A stretch of 64,000 bases of DNA from an uncultured Chloroflexia bacterium. Its GTDB lineage: Bacteria > Chloroflexota > Chloroflexia > Thermomicrobiales > UBA6265. The notes below the pieces were generated by a model, which saw nothing but the letters and a program-made list of their open reading frames with translations, had not been told where the DNA came from and searched no databases. The stretch's first letter is position 1. Every line of letters starts with the position of its first letter. Where the stretch lies: NCBI GenBank assembly GCA_963724295.1, contig CAVRUC010000013.1, positions 64,001 to 128,000 on the forward strand, in the 5' to 3' direction. Positions 1 through 10,476 of this stretch are shown here, in pieces. The translations under genes and the position numbers were made by a program.

Positions 1-1
1 G

Positions 2-1435
2 GAGGGGATCGAGGGGGTGCGCCCCCACCTTGGGCAGCGCGGCGTGATCATCGTTGCGCCCCATGCCGGTCCCTACACGATGCTGGGGCTCATGGGCCGG
101 CGCTGGCTGGCCGAGCAGGGGTTCACCGGCGAGCTGGCAATCGTGGCCCGCATGTTTCGCCCGTTTCGCTCTGGCGCCCTCATGCAGTGGTTCATGGACT
201 ACTTCACGCGGGCAGGCATCACGGTGATCCCTGTCCATGAACCGCCACAAAGCATGGCCAAGCGACTGAAGAATGTGCTGGAGAACAACGGCATCGTCGT
301 TCTCCTCGTCGACGAGCCGACTCCCACACCTTCGGCAGTGGTCCCTTTCTTCGACAGCGCCATCAAGATGCCATTGGGTCCGGTGCGCCTGGCCCGCGCT
401 ACTGGCTCGGTCATCGTGCCGACCATCGCGTCCTACGAGCCGGGCCGCAAGATGAAGATCCGGCTGGCCGAGCCGCAGTTCCCCCAGGGATCCGTCAAAG
501 AGGAGATGAATCGTCTCGCCGGCGCTCTGGAAACGCTGGTCAGCGAGAACCTCAACCAGTGGGCGATGCTGACGCCGATCTGGATCGACGAGAAGCCGGG
601 TACGCCGGTTGCGCCAGAGGGTCACTCCTACGCCGACCTGCACTTGCACACGCAAGGCAGTGATGGGCTGCTTCACGCCGAGGAGTGGAGCGACGCCGCG
701 CGCGACGGCGCAGTGCGCGTCATCGCCGTCACCGATCACGATCACATCGAGACAGTCCGCGAGTGGAAGCAGCGTGACCCGGAGAGCACCCGTCACGTCA
801 TCCCCGGCGTGGAGCTGACGGCTCGCGGCCGTATCGTTCATCTCGGGGTGCTCTTCCCGGGCGAAGTCCCTGCCTCGCTGCCGCGTCCGGGAACACCACT
901 GCTCGACCTCGTCCGCTGGGCGCGTGGCGTCCAGGGGAGCGTCGTCGTCCTGGTTCATCCATTGCCCGTACTCTGGCGGCGTCAGCTGCGTAGCATGGCG
1001 CGGGCGGGGCTCCTACCAGACGCGATCGAGGCACGATTTCCCTTCAGTGGCAATCGCGCCGCGTCGATCGAACGCGCCGCCTGCCAGTACGGGCTCGCCG
1101 TTCTGGGAGGCAGCGACGCGCATCTGACCCCCGGTCAGATCGGCGCAAACGCCACGCTGTTCCCGGGAGAAACGGTCGAGGACCTGCTCCGCGCCCTTCG
1201 CGACCGCCGTACGCGGGCCGTCGCGTTGCCGCGTCCGGGCCGCATCCCCGGCAGCGTCTACGCCATGCAATCACTCTATTCCTGGCTCTTGCCGGTCCGC
1301 GGATTACCAGGGGTACCCGCCATGCGGACGGTGCTCTTGCGCCGGGCGCGGGCGGCGGCGCAACGGGGCAGGCGGCGTAAGCATGTTGTTTCGGTGCAAG
1401 GGGATAGTACACCGCACGAAGTTCAGGTATCCTGA
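2..1435 (+). CDS. Lysophospholipid/lipid A-type acyltransferase (HtrB/PatA family) fused to a C-terminal PHP metallophosphoesterase domain; 5' end truncated by the window
   Basis: Frame is open from base 2. N-half has HAGPY, LLVDEP, VPFF..PLGPVRLA and NQW motifs of PF03279-type acyltransferases; C-half has PHP motifs DLHLHT.GSDG, TDHD, GVE, HP, GGSDAH. Confidence 0.75.
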   Translation, partial: EGIEGVRPHLGQRGVIIVAPHAGPYTMLGLMGRRWLAEQGFTGELAIVARMFRPFRSGALMQWFMDYFTRAGITVIPVHEPPQSMAKRLKNVLENNGIVVLLVDEPTPTPSAVVPFFDSAIKMPLGPVRLARATGSVIVPTIASYEPGRKMKIRLAEPQFPQGSVKEEMNRLAGALETLVSENLNQWAMLTPIWIDEKPGTPVAPEGHSYADLHLHTQGSDGLLHAEEWSDAARDGAVRVIAVTDHDHIETVREWKQRDPESTRHVIPGVELTARGRIVHLGVLFPGEVPASLPRPGTPLLDLVRWARGVQGSVVVLVHPLPVLWRRQLRSMARAGLLPDAIEARFPFSGNRAASIERAACQYGLAVLGGSDAHLTPGQIGANATLFPGETVEDLLRALRDRRTRAVALPRPGRIPGSVYAMQSLYSWLLPVRGLPGVPAMRTVLLRRARAAAQRGRRRKHVVSVQGDSTPHEVQVS

Positions 1436-1494
1436 TCGTCTGAGCACAGGCACCGGCAAGGAGGCCGGCCATCGAATCTGAACTGATCAGGACA

Positions 1495-2178
1495 GTGTTG
1501 TCCTATGGACTCCCCATCGTAGCGCTGACCTTGCTGTTCTCAGCCGCGGGTATTCCCACCGGTGTGCCAATTCACGTCGTCCTGATGGCGACTGGGGCCT
1601 ACCTCATCGGCTCCCTGCCAGGCCTGGCAGTGGCGATCGTGGCCCTGGCGGCCGCCGAGCTGGCGGGTACGCTCGTTCTGCATCTCATCTCGCGCACCGG
1701 TGGAGTCCGTTTGCTGGAGCGGATGGCGAGCGATCGCCAGGAACGGATGCAGACCACGTTCGACCGCTGGCGAGGGCGTCTGGGCGGGCGCGATGTCGCG
1801 GCCATTACTGTGCTGCGGCTGATCCCGTTCGTGCGCATGGGGACGACGGTCGGCACCGGGCTGCTGGGAATTCGGCTGCGCGATTTTGTCCTCGGTGCGG
1901 GAATCTCCGCCGTGATCTGGACCGCGGTCCCGCTCAGCATCGGCTATGCCTTCCGCTCCAACGTGACGACGATCGAGGGCTACTACCACAGCATCCTGAA
2001 CGCTCTTCCTGTAACACTTGGCATTGCCTCCCTCATCGTCGTGGTCGGTGTGCTCGGGAGAAGCGCGGCGACGCAAGCCCGGCTGCGTGAGATGGTGGCG
2101 CCGGTCTGGTCGCGAATCCATCCCCCCGCTGGCTCAATGCCTGAGATCAGCCAGGAGCCGCCGCCAGCTCTCAACTGA
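1495..2178 (+). CDS. DedA/VTT family membrane protein
   Basis: Hydrophobic, with GIP..P, RLIPFVR and F..GA.ISA.IW motifs typical of DedA; 3' end overlaps the convergent gene by 45 bp. Confidence 0.75.
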   Translation: MLSYGLPIVALTLLFSAAGIPTGVPIHVVLMATGAYLIGSLPGLAVAIVALAAAELAGTLVLHLISRTGGVRLLERMASDRQERMQTTFDRWRGRLGGRDVAAITVLRLIPFVRMGTTVGTGLLGIRLRDFVLGAGISAVIWTAVPLSIGYAFRSNVTTIEGYYHSILNALPVTLGIASLIVVVGVLGRSAATQARLREMVAPVWSRIHPPAGSMPEISQEPPPALN

Positions 2179-3216
2179 CGTCGCATCTGGTGGCGGCGCC
2201 ACCCCGATGTGCGTCACACCCAGCTCATCAAGGGCGCGCAACCGCTCCCGAACCACTGGCAGCGAGCCGATGACGCCGAGATGACGGACCAAATCGTCCG
2301 GGATCAGCGCCCGCGCCGCCGCCAGATCGCCATCGCGACGCAGCGCCGGGAAGCCACCTCCGGCGGCAAGCGTCTCTCGGGTTCCCATCGTCACTCGCAC
2401 CTCATCGAGCAGCGCCGGAACATCGAAACCCTCGGTCCGTACCAACCGGTCCATACCCGGCAAGGTTGAGACGAGGGCCAGCAGGTTCTTGCCGCGGTCG
2501 ATCGCCTTGCGCTCGGCGGTCGCCGAATCAGCCACGACTGTGGTCGTGCGCAGCACGAACGCGAGCCCGGCGGGATCGCGACCCGCCGCCGTCGCCGCCG
2601 CCCGCACCCGGGGGATTGCTCGACGCAGGAAATCGCTCGAGGTCTGCGCGTTGAAGATCGCGCCGTCACAGAGCGCGCCGGCGAGGTCGAGCGCCCGCGG
2701 ACCGGCGGCCGCGAGGTAGACCGGCACCTGGCCCTGGCCCGGGTGGATGACCCGCTCCCAGCCTCGCACCCGGAAGTGTCCTTCGTCGGGCGACGAGGCC
2801 CGATGCGGCGCCCGCCACCACTGCCGTAGGAGCGCTACCGTCTCTTCGAGCACCCCGAGCGGATCGCCTATATCGCTGCCGAGCGCATCACGGTGCCATT
2901 CGGCCTGACCGCGGCCGAGTCCCAGCACCGCGCGACCACCCGAAAGCCGGTCGAGGGTGGCCACGGATGCGGCCAGCAGGTTCGGGTGACGCGGATAGGG
3001 ACTGGTGACGCTGGTGCCGAGCTCCGCCCCCTCCGTCACCGCCGCGATCGCGCTGAGAACGGCGAAGGCGTCCCAGCCTTCCGGGTCTTCGCTCGCCCAG
3101 ATGGCGTCGATGCCTGCAGCGTCGGCCGCCTGCGCGGCGAGCAGCGTCTGCCGCGGAGCCTGTCCTTCGCGGTCGCGTACCCAGGCGTGATGACTGAGGT
3201 CAAGCGTGAAGCGCAT
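2134..3216 (-). CDS. LLM-class (luciferase-like) flavin/F420-dependent oxidoreductase
   Basis: LGTSV..PYPRHP..LA...ATLD.LSGGRAVLGLGRG and PVYLAAAGPRAL.LAG..DG motifs. Confidence 0.85.
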   Translation of the reverse strand: MRFTLDLSHHAWVRDREGQAPRQTLLAAQAADAAGIDAIWASEDPEGWDAFAVLSAIAAVTEGAELGTSVTSPYPRHPNLLAASVATLDRLSGGRAVLGLGRGQAEWHRDALGSDIGDPLGVLEETVALLRQWWRAPHRASSPDEGHFRVRGWERVIHPGQGQVPVYLAAAGPRALDLAGALCDGAIFNAQTSSDFLRRAIPRVRAAATAAGRDPAGLAFVLRTTTVVADSATAERKAIDRGKNLLALVSTLPGMDRLVRTEGFDVPALLDEVRVTMGTRETLAAGGGFPALRRDGDLAAARALIPDDLVRHLGVIGSLPVVRERLRALDELGVTHIGVAPPPDATSVESWRRLLADLRH

Positions 3217-3247
3217 GAGGTCAACGCCACGTCCCTGAGTTCCCGCC

Positions 3248-3550
3248 CTACCCCTCCGCCCGGTAGTAGAGGATCACCCCGCCGCCCCGCTCATCGCCCT
3301 GGCGCACGACGACACCGGGACGCCCATCGTGCATGGCGTAGGGGTCGCCGCGATCCAGCGTGGCGGCGACCTCCTCGGAGACGATCGTGGCAAAGAGATC
3401 GTGCCGCGGGCATTCCCAGACGCCGGGGTGGTCAGCTAGCGGTCTCATACGGTGTCGATCGCGGGGATGATTGCGGCCGATCTCGCAGAGGGGATTCGGT
3501 CCGGAGGATTGCTGCGCTTCAGTAGCCATGGCCGATGCGGTCACTCCCAC
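3248..3550 (-). CDS. Small hypothetical protein, possibly Cys/His metal-binding
   Basis: Fills the gap on the same strand as the LLM gene; contains C..H..H...C.RH. Start may be the ATG near 3529. Confidence 0.5.
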   Translation of the reverse strand: MGVTASAMATEAQQSSGPNPLCEIGRNHPRDRHRMRPLADHPGVWECPRHDLFATIVSEEVAATLDRGDPYAMHDGRPGVVVRQGDERGGGVILYYRAEG

Positions 3551-3698
3551 CTGGGTTCCGCCGGCGCTGAGGACCGAAGCGGCGAAACCATGAGCCCATT
3601 CCCAACCACAGCAGTATGCCGCAGACGCGACTCACGGCTCAGGCGCTGCAGAGGACGTGTACCATGCGAGGCGAGCGGACAAGGACAGAAGCGGCCAC

Positions 3699-4709
3699 AT
3701 GCGGACCTCAAATCGGATCACTGCGCGAGGAGCAGCCGGCGACCTTGCGCTGACGGACCCCGGCGCACCGAAATCGAGCGACGCAGATCCTGAGTCTGGC
3801 GTCGTGTCACGGTTCGGACCCGAGCTGGCACAACTTACCGTCGTGATGTTCTGGGCCTCGACCTTCGTCGTAGCCAAAGCGGCGTTCGCCGAGGTGAGCC
3901 CGCTCGCCTTTCTCTTCGCACGCTTCGTGATCATGGTCGCGCTCGCCTTCGCCGTTCTGCTGGTCCTGCAGCGAGGCGCGGGCCGCTGGGTCGAGCGATC
4001 CGACTGGGGCCTCTTTGTCCTGGCGGGGCTGACCGGCTACACGCTGTACCAGCTCGGGTTCATCCTCGGGCTGAGCCGCACTTCTCCCTTTTCCTCGTCC
4101 CTGCTGATCGCGATGGTGCCGCTCTTCACGGTTCTTATCCTGGCCGTCATGAGGGAGCCAACGCCACTGCAAGGCTGGGTGGGACTCGGCGTGGCGCTGG
4201 TCGGGGTCGCGTTGTTCCTCCTCGACAAGCGCGGCGCATCCGCCGGGACCTTGCTGGGAGACGTATTGAGCATTGGAGCGGCGGTTTCCTTCGCGGTCTA
4301 CGGCATCATCACGCGGCCACTGGTCCGCAAGTACCCGGCGGAGACCTACACCGCCTGGAGCGTCCTGGCCGGAACCGTGCCTCTGCTCCTCGTCTCGCTG
4401 CCGGATGCGCTGAGGCAGGACTGGCAGGCAATTTCTCTCGCGGGGTGGTTCAGCATCGTCTACCTCGCCATCTTCCCGGTCTACATCGCGTACATTCTCT
4501 GGAACTACGCCATCGCCCGGCGCGGTGTGGCCAAGGCCAGCTCGTTTGGCTTGCTGGTGCCGATCGTGGCCGGGCTGCTATCGGCGATTTTCTTCGCAGA
4601 GCCGTTTGGCCCCTTGAAGCTGCTCGGGGCCGGGCTGGTGCTGGCCGGACTCGTCATCGTGCGGACCAGGCTATGGCGGCGACCGGCCGCGAAAGGAGCG
4701 ACCGTGTGA
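3699..4709 (+). CDS. DMT/EamA family transporter
   Basis: About 10 TM helices in two EamA repeats (FWASTF..AK, P..F..ARF, LWNYAI, EPF); start uncertain (3657-3804). Confidence 0.85.
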   Translation: MRTSNRITARGAAGDLALTDPGAPKSSDADPESGVVSRFGPELAQLTVVMFWASTFVVAKAAFAEVSPLAFLFARFVIMVALAFAVLLVLQRGAGRWVERSDWGLFVLAGLTGYTLYQLGFILGLSRTSPFSSSLLIAMVPLFTVLILAVMREPTPLQGWVGLGVALVGVALFLLDKRGASAGTLLGDVLSIGAAVSFAVYGIITRPLVRKYPAETYTAWSVLAGTVPLLLVSLPDALRQDWQAISLAGWFSIVYLAIFPVYIAYILWNYAIARRGVAKASSFGLLVPIVAGLLSAIFFAEPFGPLKLLGAGLVLAGLVIVRTRLWRRPAAKGATV

Positions 4710-5774
4710 GCGTGCCCACGACCGACTCGAAGATGTACCAGACCATGCAGCGCCAACCAGCGGATATCCGGCGCCTGCTCGCCGACGGCTGGGGGCAGGC
4801 AGAGCAGGCAGCCACCCTGCTAGTCCCGGCGCGGCGGGTCTTCGTGGTCGGCATCGGCACCAGCCTGCACGCGGCGATGATTGGCTCCTGGTTGCTGCGC
4901 GCCGCCGGGTCGGACGCGCGGGCCGTCTCCTCGTTCGACTTCGCCCTCTACCCCGACTCCTATCCCCTCACCGCCGAAGACGCGGTCGTGGTCATGGCGC
5001 ACACCGGCGTCAAGACCTACTCCGCGGTCTCCGATCCAACGGGCGCATGATGCCGGGGCGCGGGTCCTCTCCGTGGGCAGCCTCACCGCGGAGCATCCTG
5101 GCTCCGAGCTGATCCTGCGTACCGTCGAGCGGGAGCAGTCTGCCGCCTACACGGCATCGCACCTGGCGGCAATGACGGTCATGGCCCAGGTTGCGACGGT
5201 ACTGGGCGAAGGACGCAGCGCATCAGGCGTGAACGGATTCCGCGCCGCGCTCGACCTGCTACCAGACCAGATCGCCGATGTGCTGGCCCGTGAAACGGAA
5301 ATCCAGCCGGTTGCTGACGACGCTTTACAGCGGCAGATCTACGCCATCGCGGCCGGGCCGAACGAAGCGACCGCGCTCGAGCTGGTCATCAAGGCGCGGG
5401 AGGCGGCCTACGTCCCCATCGATGCTCTGCACGCCGAGCAGTACCTGCACGGCCCGATGGTGGCCTTCAACGAAGGCGACCTGCTGGTCGCGGTCGCCGT
5501 ACCCGGCAACGCGTTTGACCGCGTGGCCGGTATCTGCGCCGTCGCCGATGCCATGGGCGGTAAGCTCTGGATCGTCGGCTCGTCCGTACCGGCGGCCTCC
5601 GATGCCTCGGTCTTCGCGCTACCGGAGCTCCCGGAGATGCTTTCGCCGCTGCTGGCGGTCGTGCCGATGCAGATGCTGGCGTACACGATGGCCGTGCTGC
5701 GCGGGACCCACCCGGACACCTTCCGTCGCAACGACCCTCGTTATAAGGAGGCATTCGGGCTGCTGACCCTCTAG
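4706..5774 (+). CDS. Double SIS-domain sugar-phosphate isomerase/deaminase (GlmS C-terminal/FrlB-like); +1 frameshift near 5030
   Basis: M.Q....QP, GIGTS.HAA, AEQYLHGP, SPLLAVVP.Q motifs. The two halves join if one C is removed at gtctccgatc (~5030). GTG start overlaps the EamA stop (GTGA). Confidence 0.8.
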
Positions 5775-5891
5775 GAGCCTGGCTGACCACTGGCGGAGCA
5801 ACTGAACGTGTGCCACTTCGGCCGTTACGAGATACTCCCGATCTCCCGGGTCTGCAGCAAAGGTAGGCATGGAAGGCAGGTTTGACGATGA

Positions 5892-6620
5892 TTGCGGGGA
5901 ATTCCACTCATTTCAATCGAGGCCCAACCATATTCGCTGATGATCGATCCCGATCAGACCGCAATCATTGTCGTCGACATGCAAAACGACTTCGGATCCG
6001 AGGGCGGCATGTTTGCCCGGGCAGGCATCGATATCTCGCCCATCCAGGCCGCCGTGGCCCCAACCGCACGAGTTCTCGACATGGCTCGCCGCACCGGGAT
6101 GCCGGTGGTCTATCTGAAGATGGCGTTTGCCAGCGACCTCTCGAACGCGGGCGGACCGGATGCACCCAACCGCATTCTGCATCTCAGGATGAACGTCGGC
6201 GAGCCGGTCACAGCGCCTAATGGGCGCGAAAGCCGGATCCTCATTGAGGACACCTGGAACACGGATATTCTTCCGGAGCTGACGCCGCACCCGGGTGATC
6301 TCATCGTCGTCAAGCATCGTTTCAGCGGCTTCTTCGAAACGAACCTGGATGGACTTCTGCGGGACCTGGGAGTGAAAACCCTGGTGTTCACCGGGTGCAC
6401 GACGAGTGTTTGCGTGGAATCGACGTTGCGCGATGCGTTCTTCCGGGATTACCGGTGCCTCTTGTTGGCCGACTGCACCGCCGAGCCGATCGGTCACGCA
6501 CTGCAGCGCAGCAACCACGACGCGAGTCTGTTTCTAATCCAGCTCATGTTTGGCTGGGTCTCTAACTCAACGGCGTTCATCGAGGCGCTGGCAGAGCAAT
6601 CGATGGTGGCGTCAGTCTGA
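5892..6620 (+). CDS. Cysteine hydrolase/isochorismatase family amidohydrolase (RutB-like)
   Basis: VVDMQNDF, K.RFSGF, GCTTSVCVEST.RDA motifs (D-K-C triad). True start may be ATG 5888 with an extra G in the gggg run. Confidence 0.85.
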   Translation: MRGIPLISIEAQPYSLMIDPDQTAIIVVDMQNDFGSEGGMFARAGIDISPIQAAVAPTARVLDMARRTGMPVVYLKMAFASDLSNAGGPDAPNRILHLRMNVGEPVTAPNGRESRILIEDTWNTDILPELTPHPGDLIVVKHRFSGFFETNLDGLLRDLGVKTLVFTGCTTSVCVESTLRDAFFRDYRCLLLADCTAEPIGHALQRSNHDASLFLIQLMFGWVSNSTAFIEALAEQSMVASV

Positions 6621-6722
6621 GCGACTCATTCTGAGAATCACGAAGATGTCAGTGCTCAGAAAGGTCCACACGAGCACTGCCCGCTCCACACCTCGAGCGA
6701 TGAGCGGACACGGAATTGACTG

Positions 6723-7823
6723 CTACTGCATCCGGCCCCGGCAGGCCACTGGCCAGACCGCGGCGATCACGCCGTCACGGATGCCGAAGAGTGATTCGTG
6801 GAGATGGACCGCCTGGTCGGTGTAGTTGACCTCCAGCTCCAGGCGGTCGCCGATGCGCGGCCACTCCGCGGGACCGTCGAGCGTCAAGATGCCATGCTCG
6901 GCCGAGAACTTGATCGCCTGCACGCCTTCGACGCCGCGGGCGACCGGCGCCTCCTTGCTAGGGTCGATCGCGCGACGACCGGCGTCGACGACGATGCGAT
7001 CCTCGGCGGGGCGGCTGGTCACCGTCGTCAGCAGCGTCAGCGCCGGCTCGATCGGAGACTCCAGCGCGCGGTAGAAACCGTCGCCCATCACCGCGCCTCC
7101 AGCCTGGATCTCGGTGATGCCCGGCTGCCGCGCGGTATGGAGATAGGTGCCACTGCCGCCACAGGAAACGATGTCAACAGGCAAACCCACGGCGCGAACG
7201 GCGTCCGCCGCCCCGGTCAGCTTGCCGATCGCCCTCGCGATCTCCTCCCGTCGGGTCTCGCGATCGGCGATGGAGGTCGCGTGGCCCTCCCAGGCCATGA
7301 CCCCTGAGAAGCGCAAATGCGGCGAGTCGTCGACGATCCTTGCCAGCGTGACCGCCGGTTCACCGGGCGCCACACCGCAGCGCTTCATCCCGGAGTCGAC
7401 TTCGACCAGCACTCGCGGCCGCACCTCAAAGGCAGCTGCGGCGTCATCCAGTTCGCGCACGTTGGCGGGGTTATCGACGCAGACAATTACGTCGGCCCCG
7501 GTCGTGGCGATCAGCGCCGCCAGTCGCCGTGTCTTGATCGGCCCCACGACTTGATTGGCGATGAGAATGTCCATGACGCCGCTGGCCGCCATGACCTCAG
7601 CCTCGCTGACCTTGGCGACGGTAACGCCGATAGCCCCGGCGGCGATCTGGCGGTGAGTGATCGTCGGGCACTTATGCCCCTTGGCGTGCGGTCGCCACTG
7701 CACCCCATGCTGGCGCATGGTGCCGGCGATGTGCGCGATGTTGCGGTCCATCGTCTCGATGTCCACCAGCAGCGCCGGCGTATCGAGCGCGCTCACCGGC
7801 ATCCCAACGAGCGTCGTCAGCAT
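6723..7823 (-). CDS. DSD1/D-threonine aldolase family PLP enzyme (alanine racemase-like fold III)
   Basis: LDTPALLVD, RPHAKGHK (PLP Lys), EVDSG..RCG, GGSGT, EIQAG, SAEHG motifs. Confidence 0.85.
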   Translation of the reverse strand: MLTTLVGMPVSALDTPALLVDIETMDRNIAHIAGTMRQHGVQWRPHAKGHKCPTITHRQIAAGAIGVTVAKVSEAEVMAASGVMDILIANQVVGPIKTRRLAALIATTGADVIVCVDNPANVRELDDAAAAFEVRPRVLVEVDSGMKRCGVAPGEPAVTLARIVDDSPHLRFSGVMAWEGHATSIADRETRREEIARAIGKLTGAADAVRAVGLPVDIVSCGGSGTYLHTARQPGITEIQAGGAVMGDGFYRALESPIEPALTLLTTVTSRPAEDRIVVDAGRRAIDPSKEAPVARGVEGVQAIKFSAEHGILTLDGPAEWPRIGDRLELEVNYTDQAVHLHESLFGIRDGVIAAVWPVACRGRMQ

Positions 7824-7868
7824 GTGTCGTCCTCATTTCATCCGAATTCGCAGCGCCGCAATGATAGC

Positions 7869-7900
7869 GCGGTGTCAGGGTGTCGTGGTGTCGGGGTGAC
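7869..7900 (+). repeat. Left array of four 8-bp repeats (NNGGTGWC)
   Basis: gcggtgtc agggtgtc gtggtgtc ggggtgac; closely matches the reverse complement of the array at 8361-8400. Confidence 0.85.
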
Positions 7901-7959
7901 GAGATTTTGGATCGATCGTTGCTACGTGATAGTGTGGCATCCGCAATGAGGAAGGGGGA

Positions 7960-8370
7960 GTGATGACAGTCCGTACTTACCGTGACCTCAGGGTCTGGCA
8001 AATTGGAATGGATCTCGTTGTTGGCGTGTATGACCTGACGCGGGCACTGCCGAAGTCAGAGACATATGGGCTCTCTAGCCAGCTTCAACGAGCCGCCGTC
8101 TCCGTACCGGCCAACATTGCCGAGGGACATACTCGAAGTTACCTACGGGAGTACCTCCAGTTCCTCTCGATCGCACGCTCGTCTCTGGCCGAGGTCGCAA
8201 CGTATCTTGAACTTATTGAGCGTCTCTCGTACGCAACGACGGAGCGAACCCAACCTCTTCTTGATCTTACTTCGTCGCTCAATCGGCAATTGCTTGCGCT
8301 ACGTGATTCCCTTTCAACTCGGCTGCAAGAGGAACCATTGCCGTACGACCCAATTTCCCCGTCACCCTGA
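7960..8370 (+). CDS. Four helix bundle protein (23S rRNA intervening-sequence protein/S23/Avd-like family)
   Basis: YRDLRVWQ, E.YGLSSQLQRAAVSVPANIAEG, FLSIARSSLAEV motifs; RBS-like gaagggggag upstream; visibly more AT-rich than its neighbours. Confidence 0.92.
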   Translation: MMTVRTYRDLRVWQIGMDLVVGVYDLTRALPKSETYGLSSQLQRAAVSVPANIAEGHTRSYLREYLQFLSIARSSLAEVATYLELIERLSYATTERTQPLLDLTSSLNRQLLALRDSLSTRLQEEPLPYDPISPSP

Positions 8371-8400
8371 CACCCTGACACCCTGCCACCCCGACACCCG
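8361..8400 (-). repeat. Right array of five 8-bp repeats (GHCACCCN), inverted relative to 7869-7900
   Basis: gtcaccct gacaccct gacaccct gccacccc gacacccg; supplies the TGA stop of the four-helix gene. Confidence 0.85.
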
Positions 8401-8412
8401 GAGGAACATTTC

Positions 8413-10363
8413 GTGACTCAATCCCCCGAAACCGCTCCCTACGGCGCCTGGCGCTCGCCAATCACCGCTGACCTCATTACGGGGAAGCGCGTCGGCGTCG
8501 TAAGCCCCCGTATCGACGGTGACGATGTCTACTGGATCGAGAACCGCCCGGCGGAAGCCGGACGCTCGGTCGTCGTGCGTCGCTCCCCGGACGGGACGAT
8601 CGCTGATGCCATCCCATCCGGATTCAACGCCCGCACCCGCGTCCACGAGTACGGCGGCGGTGCGTACACGGTGCGAGACGGCGTGCTCATCTTCGCGAAC
8701 TTTGCCGACACCCGGCTCTACCGAGTAGACGGCAACGACCCGCCCCGGCCGATCACGCCAGCGGGCGCACTGCGCTACGCCGATGTGATCTTCGATCCGG
8801 ACCGCGCGCGACTCATCGCCGTGCGCGAGGACCACTCCAGCGATGGGGAAGCGGTCAATACCATCGTCGCGCTCGACCCCGCAGGCGACGAGAGCGGCGG
8901 TATGGTCCTCACCTCCGGCGCCGACTTTTATTCCAATCCACGTCTCAGCCCCGACGGTCGGCGGCTGGCCTGGCTGCAATGGAACCATCCCAACATGCCA
9001 TGGGACGGCTCCGAGCTGTGGGTCGGTGAGATCGGCGAGGACGGAATGGTCACTTCCTCCGAGCTGATCGCCGGCGGTCCTCAGGAATCCATCTTCCAGC
9101 CGGAATGGGCTCCCGACTGCACGCTCTATTTCGTCTCCGATCGCACCTGCTGGTGGAACCTCTATCGTCGTAGCGGTGACGGCGACGAGGCCGTGGCGCC
9201 GATGGAAGCGGAGTTCGGAATCGCCACAGTGGGTCTTTGGCATGGCGACCTACGCCTTTCTCGACCCACGAACGATCCTGGCCACGTACACCCGAGAGGG
9301 CACATGGCAGCTGGCAACGATCGACACCGAATCAGGTCGGCTCACCTTCGTCGAGAATCCGTTCACCGAGATCGACGAGCCGTTCGCGGCCGGCGGCTCT
9401 GCCGTCCTGGTCGCGGGGAGCCCCACCTTGCCGACGGCGGTGGTGCGCTACGACCCGGCCAGCGGAACACTCGAGACGCTCAAGCGCTCGCTCGAGACCG
9501 ATATCGACGCCGGCTATCTGTCGATACCGATGCCGGTCGAGTTTCCAACGGAGAACAGCCTCACGGCGCACGGCTTTCTTTACCTACCGCGGAACATGGA
9601 CTTCGTCGCTCCGGAAGGCGAACTGCCGCCGCTGCTGGTCCAGAGTCATGGTGGACCCACCAGTGCCACGTCGACCGCGCTCAGCCTGCCGCTCCAGTTC
9701 TGGACGTCCCGCGGATTTGCTGTCCTCGACGTCAACTACGGTGGCAGCACCGGCTATGGGCGCCCCTATCGGCAGCGACTGACTGACGCGTGGGGCATCG
9801 TCGACGTCGACGATCACGTCAACGGCGCCAGGTACTTGATCGAGCGCGGTCTGGTCGACCCGGAGCGCACCGCGATTCGCGGCTGGAGCGCCAGTGGCTA
9901 CACGACGCTCGCCACTCTGGCGTTCCGCGATCTCTTCCGCGCCGGCGCCAGCCACTTCGGCATCAGCGATCTGGAGACGATGACGACCGACACCCACAAG
10001 TTCGAGTCGCGCTACCTCGACGGTCTGATCGGGCCCTATCCCGATCGGAAGGACATCTACATGGATCGCTCGCCGATCCATCACCTGGAGGGCTTCACCG
10101 AGCCCCTGATCCTCTTTCAGGGAAGCGAAGACACCGTAGTGCCGCCCGATCAGGCCGAGACGATGTACGAGGCCATGGCGGCCCGCGGTCTACCGGTGGC
10201 GCTGGTGGTCTTTGCCGGCGAGGGCCATGGGTTCCGCCGCGCTGAAAATATCCGCCGCGCCCTTGAAGGGGAACTCGATTTCTACGGGCAGGTCTTCGGC
10301 TTCACCCCGCACGGCGAGATCGAGCCGGTGACGGTGGCGAATCTCGCCAAGGTGTCGGGGTGA
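8413..10363 (+). CDS. S9 family peptidase (acylaminoacyl/prolyl oligopeptidase); +1 frameshift near 9220
   Basis: APYGAWRSPI N-terminus, HPNMPWD, HGGPT, NYGGSTGYGR, GWSASG nucleophile, GEGHGF. Removing one A at ttcggaatcg restores EFGSPQWVFG. Confidence 0.9.
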
Positions 10364-10378
10364 TTACTCGCTGCGCTC

Positions 10379-10461
10379 GTGGTCGCAGGGTGGCGGGGCG
10401 TCAGGGGTCGCGCTTCCTGCCACCCAGCGACCCCGCCACCCTCGTTTTACCCTGACACCCT
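10379..10461. repeat. Gene-less palindromic element made of the same 8-bp repeat family
   Basis: gtggtcgc agggtggc ggggcgtc aggggtcg ... gccaccca gcgacccc gccaccct ... gacaccct. Confidence 0.7.
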
Positions 10462-10476
10462 CGTAAGGAGTGAGCT

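Noticed and set aside
7960..8370. Diversity-generating retroelement (Avd-like gene) or rRNA intervening sequence
   Set aside because: No reverse transcriptase, TR/VR repeat pair or rRNA sequence was recognised in the window.
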